Assembly (NCBI GenBank): GCA_964016885.1
Contig: OZ024742.1
Span: forward strand, 207,080,001-207,144,000
Source: Eledone cirrhosa
Taxonomy: Eukaryota
DNA length: 64,000 nt
Reading direction: 5' to 3'
Made by a program: the position numbers and the translations under genes
The notes under the pieces: model-generated
The model's input: the letters and a program-made list of their open reading frames with translations, nothing else
What the model was told of the DNA's origin: nothing
Database searches by the model: none
Shown here: positions 26,911 to 39,847 of the stretch, piece by piece
Layout: every line of letters starts with the position of its first letter
How positions within the stretch are numbered: the first letter of the stretch is position 1

Positions 26911-27218
26911 TCTGTAGACACCTGAAATATAGCTTAGAGAAACATGACAATAAGGATAGGCACCCAATATTTGAACTGGTTTATAGAATTATCTCTGCCT
27001 TTGTCACTCTAAATATAAATTATAGCTTTAAAGAATTAGCTTTTAATGAATTCGCTTTTCTTTCAAAAAATGACCGCCACCCATCCCACTCTCCACCCTC
27101 TCCTACCACGTGAAAAGATATAAATACCACCATATTTACTTGGACAGTCAGATTCCTGATGATTTCTCAAGAATGAAACAGTTCTAGTCCTGTAGAATCT
27201 CATCTATATCAATATCTA

Positions 27219-27273
<55 letters not shown>

Positions 27274-27289
27274 AAGGCGGGTAAAATTC

Positions 27290-27769
27290 CCAAGATCCAT
27301 GGACGAGTTCTCTCCAGCGGTCTCTGTCCCTCATTATCGCTGCCGTGTCCTTAGGGCATCAACATACGTTAACCTTGGTCTTCCTCTTCTAGTGTGTCCA
27401 TGTAGGGGCTCCCAAAGGAGCACTGAGTGCAATGTCAACTCTGGATGTCGGTGAGCAGGAGAGTTAGGGCGAAAAAGGTATCGGATGCTGAATTTGCCGA
27501 CGACATAATTTTGGTGACAAATACAGTGAAGGAAGCAGAGGATTTGATGCGGGAGGTTGAGACTGTGTCGATGAGTGTGGGGATGAGAATGAATGAGACT
27601 AAAACAAAATATCTGGTAGAGAATGTTGAGAAGCCAGAGGGGATCACTAATGTAGGCGGGAAGCCGCTAGAATTGGTTGAGGGCTTCCTGTATTTGGGAG
27701 CAAAGATTGGGAATACGGAAGATGATGTGGTTGAGAGGAAGAGCAAGGCCTGGGCGGCGTGCCACAGCT

Positions 27770-27770
<1 letters not shown>
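27290..27770. mobile_element. RTE-type LINE fragment with head-to-head inversion
   Basis: plus 27427-27770 EFADDIIL..GMRMNETKTK..FLYLG; minus 27290-27425 EPLHGHTRRGRPRLTYVDAL. Confidence 0.7.
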
Positions 27771-27830
<60 letters not shown>

Positions 27831-27834
<4 letters not shown>

Positions 27835-29760
27835 AACAAGTATGACCCCGACTGCAGAGCTCAAGCCGTTTCGACGGCTATTTCTGGACTAAATTAGAAT
27901 TTTTAGCCAGGTGAATAAATAGCCGAACTTGTCAAGGGGGTACTTCCTTATATGGGAAGATTGTAGTTGTCAAGAGGATTGGTTAAAATTTGTTGTAAAC
28001 ACAAATAAGTCTATCATGGCATTTGGTGGGAGATAGGGGTCGCTGAACTTGCCTGTAGAACAATAGGGGAGTGAGTGGGGCGGTCAAGCGTTGAAGGTGA
28101 TATGTATAAAGCAGATTCTAAGGATCGTGTATGAAGTGGAGGAGGGAGGTTGTAGAATAGGTAAATCGAATGAGAGTAGGAGACAATAAAAGATAATAGA
28201 AAGAAATAAAAAAATATATAAAATTAGATAGTGATTTATGAATAAAAAAAATCGTAACAGGTTAATAAGTTGAGAATAGAAAAAACTTGTAGAATGAGTA
28301 ATAACAAAACTGATACAAAATTAAAGGGATTTTAACACATCTGCTATAAGTAGTTAGTAAAACGTATTCGGCCAATTCTATCTTAAAATTACAGGGGTGG
28401 GGGAACTGATGCTACAGAGGCGCGATGGGCTGCATCGGGGTAGGCAAAGGGGAAAAGCAGAGGAGGAAGAAAATAAGGGGTGGAAGGAAATGATAGGATG
28501 AGACAGGGGGAAGAAGAAGACAAAGAGGAAAAGAAAAGAGATACATCATCTACCTATGTAAGCTGGGGTTTCCCCTAACTTTTTCGGCAAGTGTGTGTGA
28601 GTGGAGGGAGGTATCAGCCCATGTCTACCCACCCGGCTCGTTATGGGGTTTGAGGGCGAGGTAAGTCCTACGCAATCTATGTTGGCATGCGGTTACCAGT
28701 TCGTCTTTCTTCTTTAGGAGTTGGTCCTTCGAAAACAGCATTTGTAATGTTTCCTCTGAGCATAAGTTACACGGACGGCGTCCTCCCGTGTAAGGGTTAG
28801 CTCTGGACAGTAAGCTCCAAGTGAGATTGTAGGTTATATTATTATCTTGGTGTAGTAGCATGTCGCCGGACCGGGTTTCGGAAAGTAATGTCGGTGTTGG
28901 TAGAGCCGGGTCTTGAAGTCACACGCGGTTAATCCTATATAAGCTTTGTTGGAGGTGTCCGCCCTCACGTTGCACTGGTAGATCACATTACGTTCTCGGC
29001 ATTTGTTGTTGAGGGGGCACGTAGATCTATCAGGGCAGTTACACCTCCTGGTCGGCTCTCCGCTGATGTCTAGGTTATTTCTTCCATCGGGGTTGAGTTT
29101 TTTGTTGTTTGAGGAGACGATATTTTGTGCGAAGTTAGGTGTGGTGCTGTAGGAGAGTTTAATGGTGTTTTTGTTGATTATGTTGTGGTAGCGGTGTTGT
29201 AGTGGGAAGTGTTTTTCGAGGAGTCTAACGAAGATTTTCCCGATAGGTGTTGCCACCTCGGCATTGTGGGGAGGATTGAACCCCGTTACGTTGCGTGAGC
29301 GGCGGTGTCGCCTGCTGGTTCCACTAAGGGAAGCTGGATAAAAGTATATTTCCTCCTGGAAGCCACTCCGCTTGAGGGCCTGGTTGTAATGAGGCGCGTG
29401 TTCGTCGAATATCTGCTCATTAGCGGAGAAACGAGATATGCGGAGGGAGATGTTTTTAACCAGGTTATTGGTGATGACTCTAGGATGGTTAGAGCGGCGG
29501 TGGATGTAGTGAAGGTTGTCGTTGGGTTTCCTGTATGGGTAGTACAGATCATTTTCGAGATTAAGTGTAACGTCCAGGAAATTGACTCGAGTTAGGGACG
29601 TTTGTAGGGTGATTTTAAATCCCCAATCCCGGAAGAAGTTGATTAGTTGTTTACGGACCCGGTCTGTACTACTGGGGTTGTACCCTTTGAGGGTGAGGAG
29701 CCCATAATCCCGGAACAATCCACCGCCGAATGCAGGAAACATTTCGGTGAGTTTAAATCG
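27831..29760 (-). mobile_element. Penelope-like element, Naiad-type, with 3' UTR and HHR
   Basis: GGGLFRDYGL, VNFLDVTLNL, SNHP, FNPP, LSYSTTPN, CNCPDRSTCPLNNKC, VIY..YIG, CNLC..E. Confidence 0.9.
27845..27941 (-). ncRNA. full-size type I hammerhead, U3-A8 core, long stem II
   Basis: ACCCCC-TTGACAA-GTTCGGCTATTT..CTGGCTAAA..TTTAGTCCAG-AAATAGCCGTC-GAAA-CGGC-TTGAGCTCT-GCAG-TC-GGGGT. Confidence 0.7.
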
Positions 29761-29769
29761 TAGGAATAA

Positions 29770-30181
<412 letters not shown>

Positions 30182-30602
30182 TTATAGATATACACATGTA
30201 AATACATATACAAATGCACATACATACACACACATATATGCTCATACTTGTGCCATACAAATAATAGGAGCATAAGAGTAAACGATGGAAAAGGTTGGGG
30301 ATGAAGGTAACTACACATACACATGCATAGAAATTGGGAGGTGAATAGATGGAGAGGTATTTTAAGGAATTCTAAAATGTTTTATATAGATATGCATGAA
30401 TAAATATATCAGCTAGTAAGTAAATGAAAGAATTGAGATAAAATAAAATTTCGGAAGTAAATAAATGAGTAGGTGAATAAATAAGTGGATAAAGTTTGTA
30501 TATTATGTACACATAATTCACATATGTACATACACACATATGCATATATATATATATATTAATTCAAAATATTAACAAAATAGATATTCTTGTAATCAAG
30601 TA

Positions 30603-30669
30603 TATTTTATTATACATATTTCAGAGGTACTGAGTTAACTTCAACAGTACGTCCTCATCAGATAAAATA
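30603..30669 (-). ncRNA. type I hammerhead ribozyme, canonical core
   Basis: reverse complement of 30768-30834. Confidence 0.85.
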
Positions 30670-30767
30670 GGATGATGCATGACATACCCTGACATAGTAG
30701 ATGGTTAAGATTCAGTCATGAATGAATCTTAACCATCTACTATGTCAGGGTATGTCATGCATCATCT

Positions 30768-30834
30768 TATTTTATCTGATGAGGACGTACTGTTGAAGTT
30801 AACTCAGTACCTCTGAAATATGTATAATAAAATA
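30768..30834 (+). ncRNA. type I hammerhead ribozyme, canonical core
   Basis: TATTTTAT-CTGATGA-GGA-C-GTACTG-TTGAAGTTAACT-CAGTAC-C-TCT-GAAA-TATGTA-TA-ATAAAATA; 8-bp stem I. Confidence 0.85.
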
Positions 30835-30971
30835 TACTTGATCACAAGAATATCTATTTTGTTAATATTGTGAATTAATATTAATAACTGCGGAAAACCA
30901 TAATTGTTGAGTGCTTCCAATCTATTGTAAAACTCATTCTTTGATTCATTCATTGAACCTTGTTTAACCTT

Positions 30972-31029
<58 letters not shown>

Positions 31030-31032
<3 letters not shown>

Positions 31033-32474
31033 AAATAGTAGAAAGGAAGAAGGTTTCTTTCTGTAGAAAATGGTGAAGAGATATTTTTAGTGAAATTTGA
31101 AAGCATTAATTTATTTACAATACTGGTTCCCACATTAAGTGCATTATCAATTGCGGATATGCAGAATATTGTTAAGTTGCATATTTGTACAAGAAGTGAA
31201 GATAATGATAATAACAAAAAAAAAAAGAAAATATAAAGAGGGGAAGAAAAGTTAATTTTCACATATGTTTTCCTTCAGAGAGGAAATTCATTTTGTCTGT
31301 CCATCCTTCTCTGCTAATGGGTTTGTTGTGACTGGAGAGGGTAGAAGAAGAAGGGTAGAGGAGAAGAAGAAGGAGGAGGAGGAGGTAGGGGAAGGTTGAT
31401 TGTAGCTGCAGACTGCTATGTGGGACCCTTTGAATAGTGGATACAAGGTTTGGCTCCATTGGTTTGAAAGACTGAGTGACATTAGTGTTGACCGGGTAAG
31501 GCGGGTGTGCTTCTAAAAATATCTGTCTTGGTATTTTTTCTTAGTAGAAATCAATGACATTGACCTTGTTTTTTTGCCACAAAGAAGATTTAAAGTTATT
31601 GAAATATTAATTCCATCCCTAGCAGTAATTTTAGATATAGATTGATGGAGAAATGTTTGCTATAAAGAGGGGTTGAGAGCCACTGGAATAGCCATTCTAT
31701 CATCAGCAGAAGCTTCCAGATTCTGGGGATTGTAAAGCATTTAGTTTAGCACTTGAATGTTTCCATTTGTCCGATTATCTTCATGGTTGTCCTCCAGGAC
31801 TTGGTGATGTGGGTGTTACCATGTGGTTGCTTGGTCCGCAGTATATAGTTGTCAGAGGTTGCTGGAATATTGTCTAAGGCGTTGATTTTAAAGTGTGCTA
31901 GCTTTGGTTTAGTCTGAAGTGGAAGCATGTAGAATGGGTTCGTATTTGGCGATAAATTGTGATTCCTTGCTAATGCTTTGGATGTAGATAGCGTTATCTT
32001 TGAATTTGTAGATGGGAAAGATTCTAAAATTGGGTTGTTCATTGGATGCACAGGTCGCGATGTGTTCACTTAGGGCTATCTTTCTGTATTCCCGTATTTT
32101 GTTTTGGGATCTATGGACGGTCATATGTTGTCGGAGGCTGTTTTTGGCCTGTCCTATGTAGTGCTCTCGACAACCTGAGCAGGTCAACACATAGATCATG
32201 TTTTCTGATGCACATGTGAAATTGCACTTAACTGTAAATTGTTGTCCTTGTTTGAAGTGGAACTCTGATCCCTTTATTAGATTGGTATATATACCACAGT
32301 TGGGTCTTCCGCATTTTTTTTTACTGTAGGGTTCATTGTGAGGGTCGGATGGACCTTGGCTTGTGTAAGGATGTGTTTTATTGATTTGGGTTGTCTTTTG
32401 CTCTTTATGATATTGTGTGTTTGGAGGATTTGGTTCATTCTTAGGTCTCTTGTTAGTAAAGTTATGTTCTGTAG
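31030..32474 (-). mobile_element. Neptune-type PLE linker + GIY-YIG + 3' UTR (left arm of fold-back insertion)
   Basis: KSKRQPKSIKHILTQAK, KKCGRPNC, FTCASENMIYVLTCSGCREHYIGQ, SEH, KESQFI; near-identical inverted copy at 38430-39770. Confidence 0.9.
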
Positions 32475-32980
32475 TAAAGGTTCTCAACGGGCTGGGGGTG
32501 TTTCGTAGCTCCAGGGGGGCGTTATGCAGTAAGGGGGCGTTAGGGGGCGTTTGAAACTTTGGGAGCGCTAGAAGCCCATTTAGTTTGGTAAGTTTTATAA
32601 GTCATATTTGTACGTCTCTTAGACAGCCAGTGTGAATGGATTTGAATGAAGAAAACGAAGAAAATAAATAAAAGAAGCTTGTCAAAGAATTCCCTAGGGA
32701 GATAAAAGAAAATCAAAAGAAATCGAAGAGAATGAAAATAAGGACTACTTCAATAGAAATGACAAAAAGAAGCAATGTTGGTGAACATACACACACATAC
32801 ATACATACATACACACATACACATATATACACACACAGGCCGGCGTTAGTGTTTGATGAGGTTGAGAACCCGGTCAGCTTTCAGCCAGAGCTGTGGTATT
32901 TAATCTCCCTAGGTAATAAAATCTGGCGACAAAATTTTTCTCCTTACCAAAAAAGAACACATAGATCATATCAACATCCT

Positions 32981-33222
32981 GACACACTTAAATATAAATG
33001 CAAGTATATATACAAATGTATAAATGCATAGCTATATACATACGTAAATGTATGCATGTATGTATGTATGTAGATTTATATGTATATATATATGTATAAA
33101 TCTACATACATACATAAATATATATATAAATCTACATACATACATACATACATACATTTACGTATGTATATAGCTATGCATTTATACATTTGTATATATA
33201 CATGCATTTATATTTAAGTGTG
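32981..33222. repeat. low-complexity fold-back inverted repeat
   Basis: ACACTTAAATATAAATGCA..CATACGTAAATG / CATTTACGTATG..TGCATTTATATTTAAGTGT. Confidence 0.8.
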
Positions 33223-33227
33223 TAAGG

Positions 33228-33265
<38 letters not shown>

Positions 33266-33268
<3 letters not shown>

Positions 33269-33377
33269 AAAAGGTACCGTCGGGGTCATACTTTTTCCTA
33301 TTTCCCACTCTACTACCCTAAGTATTGAGTACTCCGGTGCGTTATGGTCCATCTGGTTCCTTACCACATTTCCTTCG

Positions 33378-33380
<3 letters not shown>
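33266..33380 (+). mobile_element. pLTR 3' fragment starting at the HHR cleavage triplet
   Basis: CCGTC-GGGGTCATAC..CTACTACCCTAAGTATTGAGTAC as at 6282-6385 and 29931-30033. Confidence 0.8.
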
Positions 33381-33457
<77 letters not shown>

Positions 33458-33492
33458 CTGTATAATATATATATATATTATACACACACAAA

Positions 33493-33830
<338 letters not shown>

Positions 33831-33876
33831 GTGATGCTCCTTCATGGGCGTAGTCCAGAGACAGAAAAAAAGTAAA

Positions 33877-33915
<39 letters not shown>

Positions 33916-34334
33916 AGAGGGGTTTCAAACTCAAGGACACAAAAGGGCCATTACGTCCTGGAGGAGAGGCACAGTGGGCCAAACGTGGTGGTGGGTGAAG
34001 ATTTTCACCAGTTACAATCATTTCTACTATAAGAAAAAGGCATGAAATTTGGGGTTTAGGGTTCAATCGATTGCATTGATCCTAGTACACAACTGGTACT
34101 TAATTCATCGACCCCAAAGGATGAAAGGCAAAGTTGAGATCGGCGAAATTTGAACTCAGAACGCCAAAACGGAAGAAGTACCGTTAAGCATTTCGCCAGA
34201 TGTCCTAACGATTCCACCAGCTCACCGCGTTATTTTCGCCAGTTATAATGCAATATGAAATATTGGTTCTACCACGGGCCACAGAAAAGTAGTTCGCGGG
34301 CCGCATGTTTGAGCCCCCTGTTGAAGATAGGTAG

Positions 34335-34712
34335 ATATGTTTCTTTATTAGCCACAGGGGCACAAATGAAAGGGACAAATACAAAGGGGGAAGTTTATAT
34401 ACAATAAAAACGTGTAAAATATTATCACAAATGCAATTTAAAAATTAGTCGATTTTCCCCAATAGAGGGAGACATTACATATGGGTAACACATACCCCCG
34501 AAAAAATGTGCAGCCCTCATCTCCAGGAGTACGAAGAATTTGTACCCATTTCCTCTCTTCCTCTTTTTCCTTAACCTACAGGCTGATATAGAGAGAAGGC
34601 CCATTCACTCGGGCCATTCTCACCACTTTCACCCACCTTTCATAAAACTTGCTGGGGTACAGCACCTCTCTCTCCATCCTGATTCTTCTTCCAAAGTGGT
34701 ATTTGAAAAAAA
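34335..34712 (-). mobile_element. Tx1-family 3' fragment
   Basis: RRIRMEREVL..FYERWVKVVRMARVNGP matches the C-terminus of the 10323 and 14694 ORFs; AATAAAG end; ATCT repeats at the flanks. Confidence 0.8.
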
Positions 34713-34814
34713 GAATAGATAGATAGATAGATAGATAGATGTGTACCAAACACACACACACACAATTTCTTACTCTCTCTGTCCCTCCCTCTTTCTCTCT
34801 TCATATATTTTTTT

Positions 34815-34861
34815 TTTCAGAAGATCCCGTTAAGGGTGAAAGCAGCTATTCTTTGCTTAAA
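34815..34861 (+). ncRNA. hammerhead-like motif with CAGAAGA (U4A) core
   Basis: TTT-CAGAAGA-TCCC-GTTAA-GGGT-GAAA-GCA-GCTATTCTT-TGC-TT-AAA. Confidence 0.5.
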
Positions 34862-34885
34862 CTTTAATGTTATTTTAATAAATTA

Positions 34886-34928
<43 letters not shown>

Positions 34929-35061
34929 GCGTTCTTATTTGGCATTGTTGAAAAGAGCAGTGGCCTTTGACCTGGCAATAAAAAGCTGTAGACAAAATTC
35001 TTTGTGTACCCAAACCAAGGCACACACACACACAAGTTTGTGTGTGTGTATGTATATGTGA

Positions 35062-35155
<94 letters not shown>

Positions 35156-35619
35156 GTGCGTGCGCGTCTTTGTGTGTGTGTGTCTGTGTACCTATCTATG
35201 TATATATGGGATACCAAAATTCTACTTTCTCACTGTCACCAAGCTTCTCAATTCATTCGTTGCTAAGTATTTTATTTTGCTACGAGGTATTTTATTTTGC
35301 AAGGTACTATTTTCCCCTGAGTTTGTGATTTCAGAGAAAGGTAAGAAATTCTTCATATTTTACATCTTTTGTATTTTGACTTTACAGTTTGAATTGTAGA
35401 ATTGTTTATCCAATCAAAATATTACAACAGCTAACAGTGAAATATAGAATTTAAAAAAAAGTTTTTTCGACTGAAATCAAGTCTTTGAGAACATTCACGT
35501 CTATTTAAAAAAAATATATAATTTCAAATAATTTGCTTTTGATTTGGACTGAAACTTTTTTGTATTTAATTCGTACGGGTATTTTTTAAAGATCTTTTTA
35601 AAGATTCTAACATAACTTT

Positions 35620-36385
35620 ATTTGGTCCATTACGTGCACTGCGGCATTCATATTTCTCAACTTATTATAGCTAAGTCCCTACAACAAGCTTCACTTATCA
35701 AAAATGTTCTAGATTACGTGAATGAATTGCGGAAACTATATAGTACATCAGGGAAATTTAAGCACGCGTATTTATGACATGATGAAGAAAATGATGTATC
35801 GTCACCACGCTCCTTAAAATTTGTGTGCCCTACTCGATGGCTAACACGATTTTCTGCAGTCAAAGCCCTTCTTGACAATTATTCAGATGTCCTTATTTCT
35901 TTACAAGAGGCAACAAATGAGTTTGGCACCAACATTGCATCCAGAGCTAATGTTATTCTTACGTGTCACTCTCCGGGCCAATGTGTTCTTGGATTGCACG
36001 TTGTAGTTCCATTACTTCAATTCCTTGAAGGATTGAACAAATCTTTTCAAAGTACCACCTTCAATCTAGGTAGCATGTTGCATAGTGTCAAACTGGTGCA
36101 GGAGGAGCTAAAAAAATCTACGCAGTGAAGAAAAATTTCAGGAGCTGTTCAATACAGCAGAAAAAATGATTTATCAACTCGATATTTCTTCTTTGGAGCT
36201 ACCCAGACAACGAAAAGTTCCTAAAAGATACCAGGAAGGAAATGCGTTGAAATATCAACACTGCACTGCTTTGGATCATTACAGAGTGTAGTATTTGCAG
36301 GTAGTGGATACTGCAATATCAAATTTGAAAGATTTTTTTTTAACAGGATTTAGCAGATTATAAAAAACTGAGCAATATTTTCCAC
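35620..36385 (+). pseudogene. hAT transposase remnant (ZMYM1/THAP12-like group)
   Basis: VHYVHCGIH, LKFVCPTRWLTR, LEGLNKSFQ, LPRQRKVPKRY; stops and frameshifts. Confidence 0.7.
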
Positions 36386-36394
36386 CAAAACGAA

Positions 36395-37545
36395 ATGCAC
36401 AAGGAGCTTCTCTTCACTCTGAATCTAGCCACAGATATTAAAGTTGAATCTGTCAAGGGATACCTCGAAGAAAAAGAGATACCTGTTAACAATTTTGTAT
36501 CATGTGCTACGGACGGCGCAAGAGCAATGGTCGGCCAACATAAGGGTTTCGTCTCTCTTCGGAAGAGGAAAAATCCATCTGTATTTGCTGTTCATTGTGT
36601 CATTCATCGACAACACTTGGCTGCGAAGAAACTCAGCGAGCCGCTGAGCAAGTCTTTGCAGGTACCCATTGATGTCATCAATTATATCAAACGCCATGCC
36701 CTCAATGAACGAATTTTCCGGCAACTGTGCAAAGAATTCGTCGAGATGCTCCTTCATACTAAAGTGAGGTGGCTTTCAAAGGGCAAGTGCCTTACTCACT
36801 TCTTTGAACTGTTCGACTCTATCATTGAATTTCTTCGAGGACGCAACACAGAACAGTATTAAAAAAACCTCGATGTGAGGCAAGACTGCGCCTACCTCGC
36901 CGACATCTTCGACAAATGCAATAGCCTCATTATGGCTTTGCAGGGGGAGAAGATCACCTTGTTTAAAGCAAGGAATGCTGTGAAAATATTCCTAGCCAAA
37001 TTGAAAGTCATCGAAAGGAATCTTTGTCGACGGGAATTCTATAATTTTCCTAATATCGCCAATGTTCAAAACATTGTGAGCGATGACCAACTCCAAATTT
37101 ATACCGCGCACCTCCGCGCACTACAAGACAACACGAGAGAACGGTTTGTCGACCTTTTGCAGATGGACATCCCAATGTGGATAGCAGATCCCTTCATAGC
37201 TGACGTCGACGATTTGGACGTTAAATTTCAGGAAGAATTAATTGAACTTCAGACAGATGACATTATCAAAATTAAATTTTCCAAAGTAGGTGAACCCCTT
37301 TTTTGGATGCAAGAGGAAATTCAGCGTCGATTTCCACTCCTACATGCAGAGGCTAAGAGATTTACTTTGCCTTTTCCTAGCTCATACTTAGTCGAGAGGG
37401 CATGTGGCGCTGTTTCCAGACTGCATAGTAATGCTCGCAACCGCTACAATGTGATTGTACGTGGAGATCTCTGGCTACATCTTACGGAAATCTAGCCTGA
37501 CGTCAAAGAGTTAGCTAAACTCCATGAAGCTCAAGGGTCCCATTG
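36395..37545 (+). pseudogene. Buster/Charlie hAT transposase remnant (ZBED5/ZBED8-like group)
   Basis: CATDGARAMVG, VHCVIHRQHLAAK, LLHTKVRWLSKG, AYLADIF, ALQG, FPSSYLVE. Confidence 0.9.
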
Positions 37546-38195
37546 AAACGAGGTCAAAGTAAGTCGATTTTTTATTTGTAGTTGCAGTTTGACTGAAGTG
37601 GAAACGATATACCACATTTCCCTTACACATTTGTTGTATATATTTTACCGTTTACTAATGAATATACCCTCTTACGTGGTCATGAAAACCCTCTTCCGTG
37701 GTCTCTAAGCTCACAAAGCGAAGGGGACATCAAGTTAGATATCAACATTTATTCTGTCCGTTTCATTAAAAGGAAAATTGGAAAGCTTTGAAATAATACA
37801 ATTGCCACTTTCTTCCAGATAAGAGCACTCTTTGGATAGACAGAGTTGCTCTTGTATAAATGTTCAAAACAGCTGGTATCGTCTGGTGGGAATATAACAA
37901 ATTCAACTGGTCCTTATTCATAAAAAAGAACATTTATGTTCCTTTTTTTGAAATTTATATACTTCCTTTCAAGGAATGTATTTATACTTTCAACTGCCTG
38001 CAATGGTATCTTTGGAATATCGTTAATCAATTTTTTAGTAATCTACTGATATCAAAATCAGTAGTATATTGAAAAATGAAAAAAATAGGGTAGGGGCGTT
38101 TGGTGATTTCGAGGGGCAAAAGGGGGAATTTGGCCGAAATGGGTTGAGAACCTTTGTTCTGGAGGATGGTGTTGAATGCCTCAGATCCTGCTTTG

Positions 38196-39770
38196 TAAAC
38201 CCACCGCCCCAGCCACTTCCTAGATATCTTGTTAAAACCATTCCCGAAACACATTAAAAGCTACACAAGAGACGACCTCGATATGCTCGACCACCTCCCC
38301 AAAACACTTAATAATGAACATACCCTACAAGTGTCTTTTGATGTAGTCAACCTTTATTCCAATATCTCACACAACCTAGCAATAGAGGCAATACAATTCT
38401 GGTTAGAAAATTAACCCAATCTACCAATATGTATCCAATCTAATAGAGGGATCGGAGTTCCATTTCAAACAAAGACAACAATTTACAGTTCACTACAATT
38501 TCACATGTGCATCAAAAAATCTGATCTATCTGTTAACCTGCTCAGGTTGTCTAGAGCACTACATAGGACAGACCAAAAACAGCCTCCGAAAATGTATGAC
38601 TGTCCATATATCCCAAATAAAAATACGGGAATACAGTGAACACATTGCGACCTGTGCATTCAATGAACAACCCAATTTTAGAATCTTTCCCATCTACAAA
38701 TTCAAAGATAACGCTATCTACATCCAACGCATTAGCAAGGAATCACAATTTATCGCCAAATACGAACCCATTCTACATGCTTCCACTTCAGACTAAACCA
38801 AAGCTAGCACACTTTAAAATCAACGCCCTAGACAAGATTCCAGCAACCTCTGACAACTATATACTGCAGATCAAGCAACCACATAGTAACACCCACATCA
38901 CCAAGTCCTGGAGGACCCCCATGAAGACAATTGGACAAATGGAAACATTCAAGTGCCAAACTAAATGCTTTAGATTCCCCTGAAACTGGAAACTTCTGCT
39001 GATGATAGAATGGCTATTCCAGTGGCTCTCAACCCCTCTTTATAGCAACATTTCCCCACCACCCTAAATCTAAAATTACTGCTAGGGATGGAATTAATAT
39101 TTCAATAACTTTAAATCTTCTTTGAGGCAAAAAAAACAAGGTCAATGTTGATGATTTCTTCTAAGAAAAAATACCAAGACATATTTTTAGAAGCACACCC
39201 GCCTTACCCGGTCAACTCTAAGGTCACTCAGCCTTTCAAACCAATCCCAGCCAAACCTTGTACCCACTATTTAAAGGGTCCCACATAGCAGTCTACAGCT
39301 ACAATCAACCTTCCACTACTTCCTCCCCCTCCTTCTTCTTCTCCTCTACCCTCCTTCTTCTACCCTCTCCAGTCACAACAAAGCCATTAGCAGAGAAAGA
39401 TAGACAGACAAAATGACTTTCTTCTCTGAAGGACAAATCATGTGAAAATTAACTTTTCTTCCCCTCTTTATATTTTCTTTTTTCTTCTTTTTTTTTGTGA
39501 TTATCATTATCCTCACTACCTCTACAAATATGCAACTTAATATTCTGCATATCCGCAATTGTTAATGCATTTAATATGGAAACCGGTATTGTAAATAAAT
39601 TAATTGTTTCTACTTTTGGCACAAGGCCAGAAATAACCCAGTAGATTACTGGTACTTTATTTTATGGACCCTTGTAAATAAATTAATGCTTTCAAATTTG
39701 ACTAAAAATATCTCTTCAACATTTTCTACAGAAAAAAACATTTTTCCTTTCTACTATGTGTTACCTTTCT
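38196..39770 (+). mobile_element. Neptune-type PLE (RT fragment joined to GIY-YIG + 3' UTR), right arm
   Basis: LDILLKPF..SFDVVNLYSNI (RT), deletion, then a copy of 31030-32300 in inverted orientation. Confidence 0.88.
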
Positions 39771-39774
39771 ACAT

Positions 39775-39839
<65 letters not shown>

Positions 39840-39847
39840 ATATATAT

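Larger units (their letters stand above)
30556..30881. repeat. 326-bp spacer-less palindrome (inverted pLTR) carrying two HHRs
   Basis: axis 30718/30719; about four mismatches between arms. Confidence 0.95.

Noticed and set aside
36395-37495. Domesticated ZBED5/ZBED8/SCAND3 host gene
   Set aside because: Stops and frameshifts, and it lies within TIRs and a TSD
38998-39035. CTGATGA followed by a hairpin (also at ~31690-31706 minus)
   Set aside because: No GAAA..UH box or stem I/III
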